Below, in pieces: positions 27,212 through 41,254 of a stretch of DNA of 64,000 bases; position 1 is the stretch's first letter; the number at the start of each line of letters is the position of its first letter. A model generated the notes under the pieces. The model was not told where the DNA came from. It was given only the letters and a program-made list of their open reading frames with translations, and did no database searches. The translations under genes were made by a program, and so were the position numbers. The stretch is from Callorhinchus milii (taxonomy: Eukaryota). The DNA is taken from positions 102,860,001 to 102,924,000 of the forward strand of contig NW_024704743.1 in NCBI RefSeq assembly GCF_018977255.1. The letters are read 5' to 3'.

Positions 27212-27500
27212 TACAATATACATTTATATGGCGCCTTTTACATTGGGAGGATGTCTCAAGGAGCTTTATACAGTTGGTGGGACACTGAAGCCAAGGATTG
27301 GGAGCTGAATAGGGTGTGATGGCGAACGTTGACCAAAAGGGGTGGGCTTTGAAAGAGGAGAAGGAGGGGGTGAGTTGGAGGGACTTCATGGTACCAGAGA
27401 GCAGGGGTACAGTACCAAAAAGTGCAATGCTTAAAAGCTTATTTGGTGCAGGGAGGGAGGATAGAACAGGAAACATGAAGCAGGTCAATGTTCGCTGATC
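27212..27500 (-). mobile_element. L2 3' fragment, degenerate
   Basis: cgccttttacattgggaggatgtctcaagg tail motif plus purine-rich body. Confidence 0.65.
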
Positions 27501-27593
27501 AAAGGAAGTGTCCATTTTTAATAATAAAAGTAAGAGAAGAAAGAAAAGCCAACGAAGAACAGATCAATTGAATCATATCAGGGAAGAGATTTA

Positions 27594-27839
<246 letters not shown>

Positions 27840-28246
27840 CTACAGTTCAAATAAGTTTAAGTACTCTAGAGCTACGGGCTAACCTCATAACAACCTTATC
27901 CAAACAGACTTAACACAAATTAATTAATGATCATGCTTCTTCCAAAGGGAAGCAATGCAGCAGATTAATTCATAAGGTAAAGAGAAAATGCAAGATTCTC
28001 CTGCATTGGGAAGCAAAATGCTAACTCTTCAAAGTGTTATATAGTTATAATTTCATGGGCATAACACATAATTGAAACTATGTATCTAGCAAAATAGTAA
28101 TGGTAAAATGCTACTTTTTCAAATAGACAAAATGGCTATAATTAGCAATTGATTTATTTAAGACATCAACACTAAACTTATTTTCCTCTCTTGAGGACAA
28201 CTTTATACAAATTGAATCACTGGCAAAAGCACAGAGAATTGTTTTA

Positions 28247-28471
<225 letters not shown>

Positions 28472-29672
28472 TCAAATGTATCCCTGTAAATACAGGGCAA
28501 GGCATTCAACAAAAGGCACAGGCTTGAAATATGGGAAAACAATTGATTATGAACATCAACAATAAAATAGTCTGGAAGAACCTGCTCTTTTCATTGCAAC
28601 AATGCTTTCACATCACTATGGCGACTTCACAGCATGGATGCTGTGTCAGCACCAGGTTGTACTGATAAGCGTACACCAATCTCTTTCTGGAGAGACAACT
28701 CCCCTCTTATACAATTTACTGTAAGCTTTCTAAGCCTTAAACAGTTAATAAGTTAAAAGATTTCTAATTAAACTTCAGTGACCCACATGAAACAACCTAT
28801 TATGTGAAGCATGAAATCCAAGCTGTAAAGCTTTGTGATGTTTGTTACTGTGTGGCTTTGAGATACTTTAGAACCTTGATTAGTTGTAAATGTGCAAAAA
28901 GAGCTGAGAAACATGGAACCATTCAGGATTTGCCAATAGATTGCCTACAATGTAAATATGCACAGCACTTTCTTTGTGGTCTCTTGACTGCAACAGCGCA
29001 TTTGTAACATCAAACAGGAACCAAAATCAATAAAAGCAAATTGAGTGTTCCAATTCTCATTTAATGCAATATTCAGAAATCAAAGTGTTTGACACTAACA
29101 AAAACACCTTTGTGGAGTCGAAATGACTACACTCAGTGTATTCTACGCAGATATTATCATCATTTAACAGGTGACTTCTAATCTATCCACCATAATCTTC
29201 TTTCCCACTTCTGTCTCAGCTACAATTCAAAGTAATTGTCATTATACCTACCTACAACATGGCGCTAATAAACAAATTAATTAAATAATTGAAAAAAGTA
29301 GAAATGTTAAAACGGTGCATTGTTTGACGACAAACACTTTCAGTTTAAACAGAGTGTCATCAAGTGAAGCAGAAAATCCAGTGAGTAACCATAAAAATCA
29401 CTAAGCACAAGGCCCAGGTAGCTTCTCTGGGTTTGCAGCCAAGTCGTTTAGGTGACTTGGCTATAATTTTTTCTCCCTCTTCTGATGAACACAAATCAAC
29501 AGGCTGGATTTTCCAACAGACGAGCAAAGCATCTCTGTGCACATTTGAAACTTTTCTTGAATAAATTGTCATTAAAGTTATAAATCAATGCCATGCAGAT
29601 ACAGAGGATTGCTCAATCATTCTGGGTGCATGGCATCTGGGTGTAAGAACAGTGTTACTGTCATAGGAATTA

Positions 29673-30002
<330 letters not shown>

Positions 30003-30472
30003 TCATTTTGAAGAAATAGTGCACAAATCATGTAAATACGTTCGAAATTTGGGTTAAAAAAAAGTCTGAACAGGAAATCCACAGAGTAAACAGCACAAAC
30101 TCCAGGAAAACACATCAGGATGTAAAGCACATCTCAGGCAAGTATTCCCAAGTAGGTTACACTGAATCACAGGAACAATGTTGAGACTCAAGAGCACCTC
30201 AGAGCAGAGTTTTTTCTGGTCAGAGTGAGATACACGTTGTCCTGAGGCCCTTTTTCTATTGTTCATGCCATTTACGTTGTGGTTTTTCTACTCACAATAG
30301 ATTTTCCAACCCCCATTGTCCAAGATAAAAAAAGTACAGAACACATCAACTTACATCAGCAATAAGTGCCAATAACACTACCAGTTCAATCACAAAATTA
30401 AATTTCTGGTGTCTGCTGTCATTTGGTATCTGTTATAACACCCTGCCAGCAAAATGGGAAATGGGAATGGTT

Positions 30473-30800
30473 TGTGAAGTCCTGTAGCTCAGTGGTTAGA
30501 GCACTCGCTTTGCAAGCGAGAGACCCGAGTTCAATTCCAGGCAGGGCGAAACCTTGGGCAAGTTTCCTTACTCCACACGCCTAATAATAATCTCTCCAAA
30601 ACCAAAAACAATAATAAAATTGGTCATTTTCAATCTACGACTGTTTGTGGGACATTGCTGTGCACAATTGGCTGCTGTGTTCACCCACAAATATACAGTC
30701 AATTCACTTTACAGTGTGTTCTGTGAAGCGCTTTGGGACGTCCTCCCGACGTGAAAAGCGCTATATCAAATGCAAGGATTATTATTATTATTATTATTAT
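30473..30800 (+). mobile_element. Young short-form tRNA/Deu SINE, full length
   Basis: Near-identical to 7167-7497. Confidence 0.92.
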
Positions 30801-31908
30801 AATCAGCCTTCACAGACATATATAACTAATATATATATATGTGTGTGTGTATACATACTTCTGGATGTTATCCAGAATAAGGGACAACATTACTGTGTTT
30901 TAAGGCAGTAACACAGCAAGAGCCTGAATAGTTGTACATCAACTGCTCAAGCTTTGCTCTCATCGTTTAATGATGACGCCTCAACCATTCAATGTAACAC
31001 TGCTTTGTAACACATTGTGGACATTGTGCAATTCTATGTTAAGTCTGGAGTTATCTTAACATTCCTGTCCTCCAATGCAAAAATAGCCATTGAGCATTGT
31101 TGCTGCACAGCAATTCAGTAACACAAAGAGAATAATTGTTAACTGGATGTTCCATATTGTCAATCTTCTACAAGTCCATTTGCATCAGTTTCCTAGTACA
31201 AAGAAACACTGAACCATTTTTTATTTAAATTCTATAACCTTTTTGGTTTTCTATTTTAAAACAGCAGATCACTATGGTAGTGTGGTACTTAGAGCATTCA
31301 TTTCAATTCAACTTGTGCTATTCAGCATTTTGATACCTTTGACGCACATAAAGCCCTATGACACAGAATTACTGACACATCCTCTTTTTGCAGCTATCAT
31401 GAATCCAACCAGTCTTAATGTTAGAATTGGAAAAATTTCCTGATGCGATGATGGAGTAATAGATATTTTGTATGAAACTAATTAGCACTATAACCAATTT
31501 GTTTTTACACCACAGAATCTTGCCTTTATGAACCCTATTTCAACGAAGTGATCAGAGCACCATTTCTCCTGACAGCATGCATGACAAGAGAAGCCACCTC
31601 ACATTTACTTCAATCAAAGCAAAACAGAACAAAATTGGAGACATGTTAAGAAGGCCAAGCTTCTGGCAATCATGTTGGTAATAAATACAAGACAAGTTGA
31701 CAAGTGTCAGATTTAATACAATTTGAATGAATGTAATAATACCATTGACAACCTTTTAGGGATAGTATTGGTCACAACTGTTGGCCTAAAATGACACTTT
31801 CAGCTTCATTTGTTACATATGTCTTACCCGTGCCAGGTACCACACTGAAGAGCCACTTACTGCTGCCCTCATTTTACAATGTATAGAAAGCTGGATGGCT
31901 CAAGTGTA

Positions 31909-32115
31909 GGGTCTAAAATGCAGGATTCACAAAACATTTGTAAATATTCTGACAGTCTGAGAATCAGACTGATCCGCAGCAGCTGCTCTCTGAGCAGCCG
32001 GAAGGCGATTGGGCTGGAGTTCTTGTGTGTCTTTTTGATTCACATCTGGTTAACCACACAATTTGATAACTGTGAATCCTTTCTGAATCCATTCTAATTC
32101 TCACATTTTAGACCC
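31909..32115. mobile_element. Possible MITE with 12-bp terminal inverted repeats
   Basis: gggtctaaaatg / cattttagaccc, subterminal ggattcaca / tgtgaatcc; no convincing TSD. Confidence 0.4.
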
Positions 32116-32581
32116 ATTTAGACCCACTTCCTACCCCCCCCCCACCCCATGACTAGCTATTTGCTAAAGAATGACAGAAACCAATTCTGTGCTAATCTCC
32201 TCCTGGCTATCCAGACACTCCCTGTACATTTGACAATCAGCGAACCTTACAACATATAAAAGACCCTGAGGAAGGACAGGTAGAATGTAAACAATGTGTT
32301 GCACTAGCACATTGGTGTTGTCATGAATTACTTGCTCATCCCTCAAAGTTATGTCAGTTGGTGTAGAGAAACTCATCTGTATCCTGTCTTTCATAGAGCT
32401 TCCTCAATGGGTGTCACCTTTACGTTTAGATTAATTCACCCAAATTTTTCTAATCTTGTCTCAACACAAAAGACTACCGCAAGTTACATTACTTTCCAGC
32501 TTTTTGTTTTGTTTTGAATATCCAGAATATGGTTTGCAAAACAAGCTGCCATTTCCGTAGGCTTAATAAATGCTGCAGTCA

Positions 32582-33028
<447 letters not shown>

Positions 33029-33389
33029 CTACAAAATGCACAGTCACAGCACTTTACAGTAAATTCTGGAAGTGCTTCTCGACGATGTGATAAAGCACTA
33101 TATTAAATGCAATTATTATTTTCATTGTATAAACACTCACTTAAAAATAATTTTCTGTCGTGGCACCACTGTGTCGGTGGTGAGTCATTCTGGTAAACCA
33201 TGCAGACAGCTGAGTCAAATGGTTTAATGACCGTGACACACTGACCTTTAATTATCATCTAGTTACCCCTGCTATACTGACATTCGTAAAAAAACATTTC
33301 TGTAAGATAAAGCTATTTTTTACATAGATTCCGAATGCAAAAATATGTAAAAATAAATCTGCTAACCTCTCCCTATATTAAATTTAAGG

Positions 33390-33610
33390 CCTCCAGTTTC
33401 CGACTCATCAACCAGAGAAAACTGCTTCCCCGTTTTTACATTATCAAAGCCCCCTCATGATTTTGAACATCCCTAATCCAGTTTACTCTAAGCTTTCTCT
33501 GTTCAAGCAAAAATAGTCCCAGTTCCCCTCACAAGTAAATCCTCTAATTCCTGGTACCATCCTCATGAATCTCTTTTGTAGCCAATATATGCCCTTGACA
33601 TTTTTCCTAA
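33390..33610 (-). mobile_element. CR1 3' fragment
   Basis: cccctcatgattttgaa...cctggtaccatcctcatgaatctc matches 53250-53400. Confidence 0.75.
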
Positions 33611-34604
33611 TTGATTAACATTGTTCATAAATGGGGCTGACGGGGCCGGCAATTAACTAAAGACTTTCCGTGGGTTTGGCTACCATCCAACTCTACAGCA
33701 GTCACTAGATCAGAAGAGGCTCATCCAGCATTTGGTCTCACCAACTAATACAATTTCTACCTTGTCAGGGCTCAAACCCCACTTTTGGATATCAAATGAT
33801 CAACTCGTAATTCTGGGGGGCGGTGAGCGGGAGGTAAGTGGAAACCCCTTAAAGCTGACCTGCCTGCAAAGTGATTTGTTTGCCAATGGGATATCAGAAT
33901 CAAGCCCACCCTCTGTGGCGGTCTCAATCACTAAGTTCCTGAGCCAGGCACGTCCACAGTACTGGACTGCAGAATTGATGCTGGCTTAATTCAGTTTTAT
34001 TTGGGGGTGGGGGTTAAAGCAATACCCTACAAGCCGACACTGTAATTCTATTATTCACAGTGTCCTATGGTTAGCAAGTTCTATGCAGTCAAGATTCAGA
34101 CCTAACTAATTGTGATGAGTTCAGAGGTTTACACACCAATTTGTTACCTACTATCGATGCCCTGATTTGTTATCTACTATAAAAAATACAGAATAACTCA
34201 GCTGTTCCTTAGTGGAGACAACAATAAAAGATATATTGGAAGTGCCAAGCAACAAATATGCTTAAAGGTTTTACCACATATTATATTTTTGTCCCAGCCT
34301 GTCAATTGTTGTACCAATTTTAATTAAATTCCTCATTGTAATGGATTCAGGCAACCAATAACTGCCTGTAGTTTAGCAATAAATACAGCACCCCACAATA
34401 CAGAGGAACAATAGGGCCTTTGGCCGCAATAGAATGCACTAAACAAGCTTTGCAGCTCCCCCATATGAATGCAATAACAGGGACATTAGACAGCATGAAA
34501 CATAGATTAGAAATTTTAAAAATTTCTGAATAAGTTCTACAATAGCAGTAAATGTAAGGTCCTGACAAATAATTGTTTTTTTTCCTTCATTCATGAGCTA
34601 TTGG

Positions 34605-34870
34605 TAATCTCAAGAGTACTAGCAAATTGGAAAAATGCCCTTTCACCACTGGGACCAAGGATTGCATCCAGCCCAGACATATGGCAAGAACATTTCATCT
34701 CTCCTTTTAAAGGTTTTAAGTTAAATTAGTTGGGAAGGCTTTCTCCAATTACGAGTGGGCATGACTCTGCAATACAAAATGGCCTTCACAATTAAAGATT
34801 GATAGAAAATCCATCCCATTTATAGCAATGTCTGTATAAAAGCTAGCCCCAGGGGGTTTGGAGAGGAGAT
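34605..34870 (+). mobile_element. Ancient SINE fragment resembling LF-SINE
   Basis: gccctttcacc...tccagcccag...aaattagttg...agtgggc...acaaaa resembles LF-SINE as remembered; related fragment at about 16670-16790. Confidence 0.35.
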
Positions 34871-35789
34871 TTCCACATCAATGTTCAGTCTTTGACTTCA
34901 AAGGGTCTAAACTTTGAAGTTTCAAGTTAGAATTTAACTATTATATGAGGCATGCAAGACAAAATGGTACTGAGTGTGATTTATCTCAGCAAATTTATAA
35001 CCACTTCATGAGGTCACGGGAATAAAAAATGCTGGGCTTCATTGAATCTGTTAAGAACGTGATAGCTTTAGGTGATAATTATACACAGGATTTAAATGTG
35101 AACATTTCTCTCTCTGAATTCAACAGAACGGCTGGGTTTTGAACTGGTTTCAGAATCTTGCGCTGCTATTTTAGATTTTCGCTTAGGGGCCAGGTTTCCT
35201 GCTTCCAATCCTACACCGGTGATATTTGTCAATTTATCATTTGATTTAAGCCAGTATCCCACTCAAACCCCATCTGTTCAGGTGGATGTTGAAGATCCTA
35301 CACCACTATTCAGAGAGAGAAGGGAGCTTCTCCCAGTATCCTAGCCAACTAGCTCCCAGGTGGTCGAGAAGCCTTGGCTCTTACCAGCCTGGGGCTAATA
35401 TTCTTTAGAATTACATGAGTAGGGAGGGTATGTGTATTTCATTCCAATACACAAAAATGTTGTTATGTTGGTAGTATGCATATAATACAGGTTTGGATAC
35501 TCTTAAGTGTGGTGATGGTTTTTCACATGTGTCAAGACACCTGGCTGACCAAAACAAAAACATATAAGCCTTATATATGATCTAGCCAGCAAAATGTCTC
35601 AAAGCACATCACAGGATATACTGTAAAATGCATAAGTGTGTATTTTGTGGATGAAATGTAACAACTAATTTGTTCACAGTAATGTCCCACAAAGTGCCAT
35701 GAAATAAATGACCAATTTTACTTGGGCAATTGTTGGTCAGGACACTAGGAAAAACTACCAACTACCAAGAATGAATGGACAGATGGGAA

Positions 35790-36215
35790 CTTTTCTCCCT
35801 GGAGATGACATGTTTAGGAGAGGACCAGATAGATGTGTTTACAGTTTTGAAAAGGTTTGATAAGGTGGATGTTAATAGGCAGATTCCACTTGTTTGTGAG
35901 TTTGAATAAGGGGACATAAAGGATCTCCTACGATAGTTAGTGGAGTGGAATTTAGGAGAAACTTCTTTAGAAAAAGGGTGATGAAATGTATTCAACTCAT
36001 TCCCAGAATCTATGGTTGAAGCGGAAAACATTAACATATTTAATAAGAAATTCAATATTTTCATGATGGAAACATGATAGAGAAGGGAATAGAGGGCTAT
36101 AGGAGAAGTGATTAGGATGGGGTGGAAGTTCATGTAAAGCATTAACGTAAGCACTAGTTGGGCTGAATGACCTATTTTGGTGCTGTACAGTTAATAACAT
36201 TCTATATAATGTATG
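35790..36215 (+). mobile_element. CR1 3' fragment, degenerate
   Basis: Similar to 55250-55660 (ggtttgataaggt, ttccact, gggctgaatgacct). Confidence 0.7.
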
Positions 36216-37179
36216 ATTCCTTATTTGCTCTAAACTAGTTTATTACTGGGAACAATAGTAGTGTGCTTATAATGTGTTTGATGTTCTCAGACTAGGGAAG
36301 GTAAAGGACAAAGAGGTCACTGCATCTGATTGATACTGAATGGTCTTTTGCTGGGAAAGTACATGGGTGAATGTCAGGTGAGGTTAGGAACAGGCTCAGC
36401 TGAGAAGGCATCCATGCTTGAATAGTGTGCTAGCAGTTATTATCTGGACTCACTCATGAAAAAGGATCACATTTGCTAAGTTAAGCTAGGAATGCCAGAG
36501 ACCGTGCAGATCCAGTATGAAACATCACTTTCATGTAAGAAAAGGCAGGAGAAAGCAACAAATAAAAGAACAGGGACATGCTTCTAAGAATGTTTGAAAT
36601 TTCACCATTGTACATTTTTATCTTGCTTTTCTTCTTCTGTGTTACACAGCACATCACGTCCAAAAGGAGAGACTCGTGATCTGCTTTGATGCCTCTGCCA
36701 ATGCTACTCTATGACCATCCACCAAGCAACATTTTAGTCATTTAACATAAATGAACAGCACTAAAGCCCCGACTGAAATTATCACTTTTTTGATCAGCCG
36801 AACGCTTGATACAAGAGGAAACCCATTACTATCAGTATATAAAGCAGACTGAGAGTCGCACATGGAAATTTTTCTGTGTCTGGAATGGAATTCTCACTCT
36901 CTCCCTGGAGGAATGCATTTCTGCTTACCTAATTCCACAGTGTATTAGGCACAGAGTAGCGAGAACTAAGACTTGAGGACCACAGAGTGTGTGTTAGGGT
37001 ATTGTTGGAGTTTAACCAGCTAAAACTACATAGCTTGCCATAGAAAGCATTGTCAACATTACTATTAACTATCAAAATTACAAATCTACAACTAGTAGTC
37101 CATTCCATTTAACTAGTGTTGAACCAGGAAAGTATAGCATCTGAACAGATCTTTCTTTTTTAAAACATTGAAATACGGT

Positions 37180-39345
37180 AACAATAACAGCAACAAGATT
37201 ACATTTGCATAGTGCCTTTCACGTCGGGAGGACGTTTCAAGGCACTGGGTAGTGTACAGCCTTCAGACTCGAGCTGGGGTCAGGGAAGGAGAAGGGAGAG
37301 GAGGGAAAGGGGGGGTGACCGATTGCATGGTCGAAGAGGAGGGTTTTGAGGCGGGACTTGAACAACAACAAGATTTAATTTATAGAGCGCCTTTCATGTC
37401 GGGAGGACGTCCCAAGGCCCTGGACAGTTGGGTTGGGACCCGAGCAGGGGGGAAATGGTCAGGGTGAGGGGAGGGAAAGGAGGGAGCGAGAAAGGGGTAG
37501 AGAGTCGAGAGGGGAGCTGAAGGCATGGTCGAAGAGAAAGGTCTTGAGACCGGCCTTGAAGGAGGAAAGGGAGGAGGCGGCGAAGGCACTGGGGGATGGA
37601 GTTCCAGAGCCTAGAGGCTGAGAGGCTGAAGGCCCGGCCACCGATGGTAGGGCGGTTGGGGCGGGGGATGTGGAGCAGACCGGAGCCAGAGGAACGGAGG
37701 GTACGGGCAGGTAAGTAGGGGGATAGTAGGTCAGAGAGGTAGGAGGGAGCAAGGCCGTGAATGGCCTTGTAGGTGAGGATGAGGATCTTGAATTCGATCC
37801 TCTGGGGGATGGGGAGCCAGTGGAGGCGAGCGAGGGTGGGAGTGATGTGGTCCCGAAGCCTGGTGCGGGACAGTACACGAGCTGCAGAGTTCTGAATGAC
37901 CTGCAGCTTGTGGAGGGAGGTGCCGGGAAGGCCGGCGAGGAGAGAGTTCCCATAGTCCAGCCTTGAGGTGATAAAGGCGTGGATCAGGGTTTCAGCAACG
38001 TGAGGGGTGAGGTAGTGCCGTAGTCTGGCGATGTTCCGGAGGTGATGGAAGGCAGTTCCAGTTGTGGCGCGGATATGAGGAACAAAGGACAGCTCAGGGT
38101 CGAACAGAACGCCGAGGTTCCTGACTGGCTTTGAGAGGTGGAGAGTGCAGCCTTGGATGCTGATGCTGTCAGCGCCTGAGGTGCGGAGGCGCTGACGTGA
38201 GCCAATCAGGAGGGCCTCAGTTTTGTGCACGTTGAACTGAAGAAAGTTGTCTCTTGTCCAGGACTCGATGTCAGACGACAGGCTGTCAGGACATCGGTGG
38301 TCGTGGAGTTGAGGGTAGAAGAGGAAAGGTAGAGTTGGGTGTCATCCGCATACATGTGGAAGTTAACCCCATGTCTGCGGATGATATCACCAAGCAGGAG
38401 CATATAGAGGATGAAGAGGAGGGGACCGAGGACAGAGCCCTGAGGGACACCGCATGAGACAGTGCGGGGGCTGGAGGAAAAACCGTTTGTGGAAACAAAA
38501 TGAAGACGGTGGGAGAGGTACGACCTAAACCACTCAAGGACAAGGCCTTGAAGGTTGAGGTGGGAGGACAAGTGGTGGAGGAGGATAGCATGGTCGACCG
38601 TATTGAATGCGGCCGATAGGTCGAGGAGGATGAGGAGGCAGAGGGAGCCCTGGTCGCAGATGGTCAAGATGTCATTAGTGACCATGACCAGGGTGGTTTC
38701 CGTGCTATGGGCAGCACGGAAACCCAACTGAAGGGGTTCGAATAATGAATGGATGGAGAGGAAAGTGCGCAGCTGGGAGGCGACGACTCTTTCAAGGACC
38801 TTGAACAGGAAGGGGAGGTTGGAGGAGGCTAAGGAGGGGATGTGGCGGCGTGACTGGGGGATGGAATTCCCGAGGTTGGGGGCAGAGTGGCTGAAGGCTC
38901 TCCCGCCAATGGTGGGATGGGTGGGTCGGGGATGTGGAGCAGACTGGAGCTGGCTGAGCGGAGGGAGTAAGCGGGTTGGTAGGTGGTTAGAAGGTTGCAG
39001 AGGTAGGGTGGGGTGAGGCCATGGAGGGCTTTGTAGATGAGGACCAGGATCTTGAACTGGATCCTCTGAAGGATAGGGAGCAAATGGAGTCGAGCGAGAA
39101 TGGGGGAGATGGGGTCACGGAGTTTGGTGCGGGAGAGGACACAGGCTGCAGAGTTCTGGATTATCTGCAGCCTGTGGAGGGAGGAGTTGGGAAGGCTGAC
39201 AAGCAGGGCATTTGCATAGTCCAGCCTGGAGGTGATGAAGGCATGAACAAGAGTTTCAGCGGCCTGAGGGGTGAGGTAGTGGCAGAGTCGGGCGATGTTA
39301 CAGAGGTGAGGGAAGGCAGAGCGAACCATGGCTTGGATGTGGAGA
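37180..39345 (-). mobile_element. Host L2 fragment (37180-37360 plus 38821-39345) into which the younger L2 inserted
   Basis: gcgggacttg|...|gaggaggctaagg rejoins as in the uninterrupted copy near 20050; ORF 38829..39473 has RLDYANALLVSLP. Confidence 0.85.
37361..38820 (-). mobile_element. Relatively young L2 LINE, 3' 1.46 kb of RT ORF with a frameshift
   Basis: ORFs 38206..38727 ([35 protein letters not shown]) and 37394..38230 (RLDYGNSLLAGL, LHWLPIPQRIEFKIL); CpG-rich; (GTT)n tail. Confidence 0.95.
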
Positions 39346-39776
39346 AGAAAAGACAGAAAAGTAACTTCAAAAAATATTCTCTTCAACAGTAAAATCAGTA
39401 AAATCAGTGGTGAGGCACTCATGGTCCTATCATGAAGATACCCATTTGAATTAGTATCATTGTGGTAGTTCATGGTTTATCCAAAACTATGAAGTTAAAA
39501 ATTGCAGCATTCCTTCATATGTTCCTTCTGCTAATTAAGATAAAGATGGCTTGAAATTCCATCTTGTCTAAGTCAATGCCAAGAACATTTGGAATGAATA
39601 GGGCAGAATTGTGGACAGTTACTACGTTCAGAAGTCAGCTTGGAATCCTTTAATGATCACTTCAAATGCTACCTCTTTGTGTTGTAGAGTGGTAATCATT
39701 CTTATTTATCGTCTCACCAGTTTCGATGAAAGTTAATTGTATATAGCATAAAGAAAAGTTAAACTCTAATACTCAC

Positions 39777-39959
39777 AGATGCAAATTGGTATATTTGCAG
39801 ACCATTGGTTGTTGTCTTGGCAAAGTAAGGACTTTTCTCCGATCAGTTCAAATCCAGACAAACACCGAAACTTCAAAATATTCCCATTCAAGAAGCCATC
39901 TGTGTCACGCATGCCATAAAGTGGAATCCCTGGATCACCGCAACTCTCTTCATCAATCT
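39777..39959 (-). CDS. CSMD3: CSMD3 internal exon (183 nt, phase 1-1), sushi/CCP domain
   Basis: GCAG|AG acceptor, T|GTGAGT donor. Translates EIDEESCGDPGIPLYGMRDTDGFLNGNILKFRCLSGFELIGEKSLLCQDNNQWSANIPICI, close to vertebrate CSMD3 as I recall it (EIEKESCGDPG...NNQWSANIPICI). Confidence 0.95.
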
Positions 39960-40515
39960 CTGCGAGAACGAAGTAAGAAACCGAGAAGGTCAACAAACAT
40001 ATTTCTTCTGCATTGAAAAACACTCATAAACCCCAAGTCGGAAACCAAATAACAAAAACAGTTCTTAAAAATATATCAATTTAAACAATTATAGAACTCT
40101 GCCGCATCTTCTCTGCAGGATATGAGGAGCTGAGGGGTAGAAGGAGACAAAGACCAAAAATGGGTTGGAAAGATAGATCTAAAAACAAACTTATAAGCGC
40201 AGAAGTAAAAGAAAAATCAGAAAAGAAGATCAACGGAATGGAACAAAAAGCAGGAAGGAAGTATAAATATAAACAACAAAACAGAGACCCATGTTTCATA
40301 TTGTGCCCTGGAGCTACTTCCAGAGACTTCCTCATCCACAATTATATTCATCTTTGATGACATCAACATGAAAGGATAAAATCTGTGCTCTAGCCGTTAA
40401 TTAATCTGGGAATAGTTCATATCATTCCCAAAACAATAGATTTCAAAACATTTTACACTTGTTAGCTGCAGTTAGAAATGATCTGCATTGTTGTCAATTA
40501 TTATTATTGGGCTGT

Positions 40516-41025
40516 AATAATAATAATCCTTGCCTTTGATATAGCGCCTTTCAGAAAGACAGAAGTGTTTCAGAGGATTTACCTTACATTGTAGTGAAAG
40601 CAATGTCCCACAAACAGTCATGAAGTGAGTGATCAATTTTATTTGTGGGGTCCCGTAGTGTATTAATTAGAGCATGTGCCTCGCAAGCAAGAGACCTGGG
40701 TTCAATTCCCGGGAGGGGCAAAATGCTTGGCAAGTTTCCTTACTCTACATGCCTCTGTTTACCTAGCAGTAAGTAAGAAACCGGTTAGTCGATTGACGGA
40801 TTGCTTTCTGGGGGTAATCCGCCCCCCCCCCGAATAAATAAATGAATAATAATTTGGTCACTCAATCCATGACTCTATGTGGGACACTGCTGTGCACAAT
40901 TGTCTGCCGCATTTCGCCCACAAAATATATAGCAAATTCACTTTATAGTATATTCTGTGAAGTGCTTTGAGACATGTCAATGAAGTGGTAAGATGCTATG
41001 TCAAATGCGAAGATTAATATTATTA
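40516..41025. mobile_element. Minus SINE tail (40516-40640) abutting a plus long-form SINE (40645-41025)
   Basis: Long form carries ctctgtttacctagcagtaagta...gattgctttctggggg. Confidence 0.8.
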
Positions 41026-41254
41026 TTTGGAGAATTGTTGACCAGGAAACTAGGAGAACTTCCAAAGGATCACAATTTGTTGAAGGACAACACCTCCAAA
41101 AATGCAGCACTACCTCCACTGGAGTGTGAGCTAATTGTAAACAAAGCCAGATGCACAAAGGATTTCATTTGTTTCAAAATAAAAATATAATCTTGATTGT
41201 TTAAATACCAGAAAATATCACTCCTCTTTATTGTGGAGTGATATTTTCTGGACT

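Noticed and set aside
31861..31912. 52-nt AG...GTAAGT pseudo-exon with stop
   Set aside because: Acceptor lies in the putative MITE terminus with a weak pyrimidine tract; likely chance.
37394..38727. Intact autonomous reverse transcriptase gene
   Set aside because: 5'-truncated, lacks the endonuclease domain and is frameshifted.
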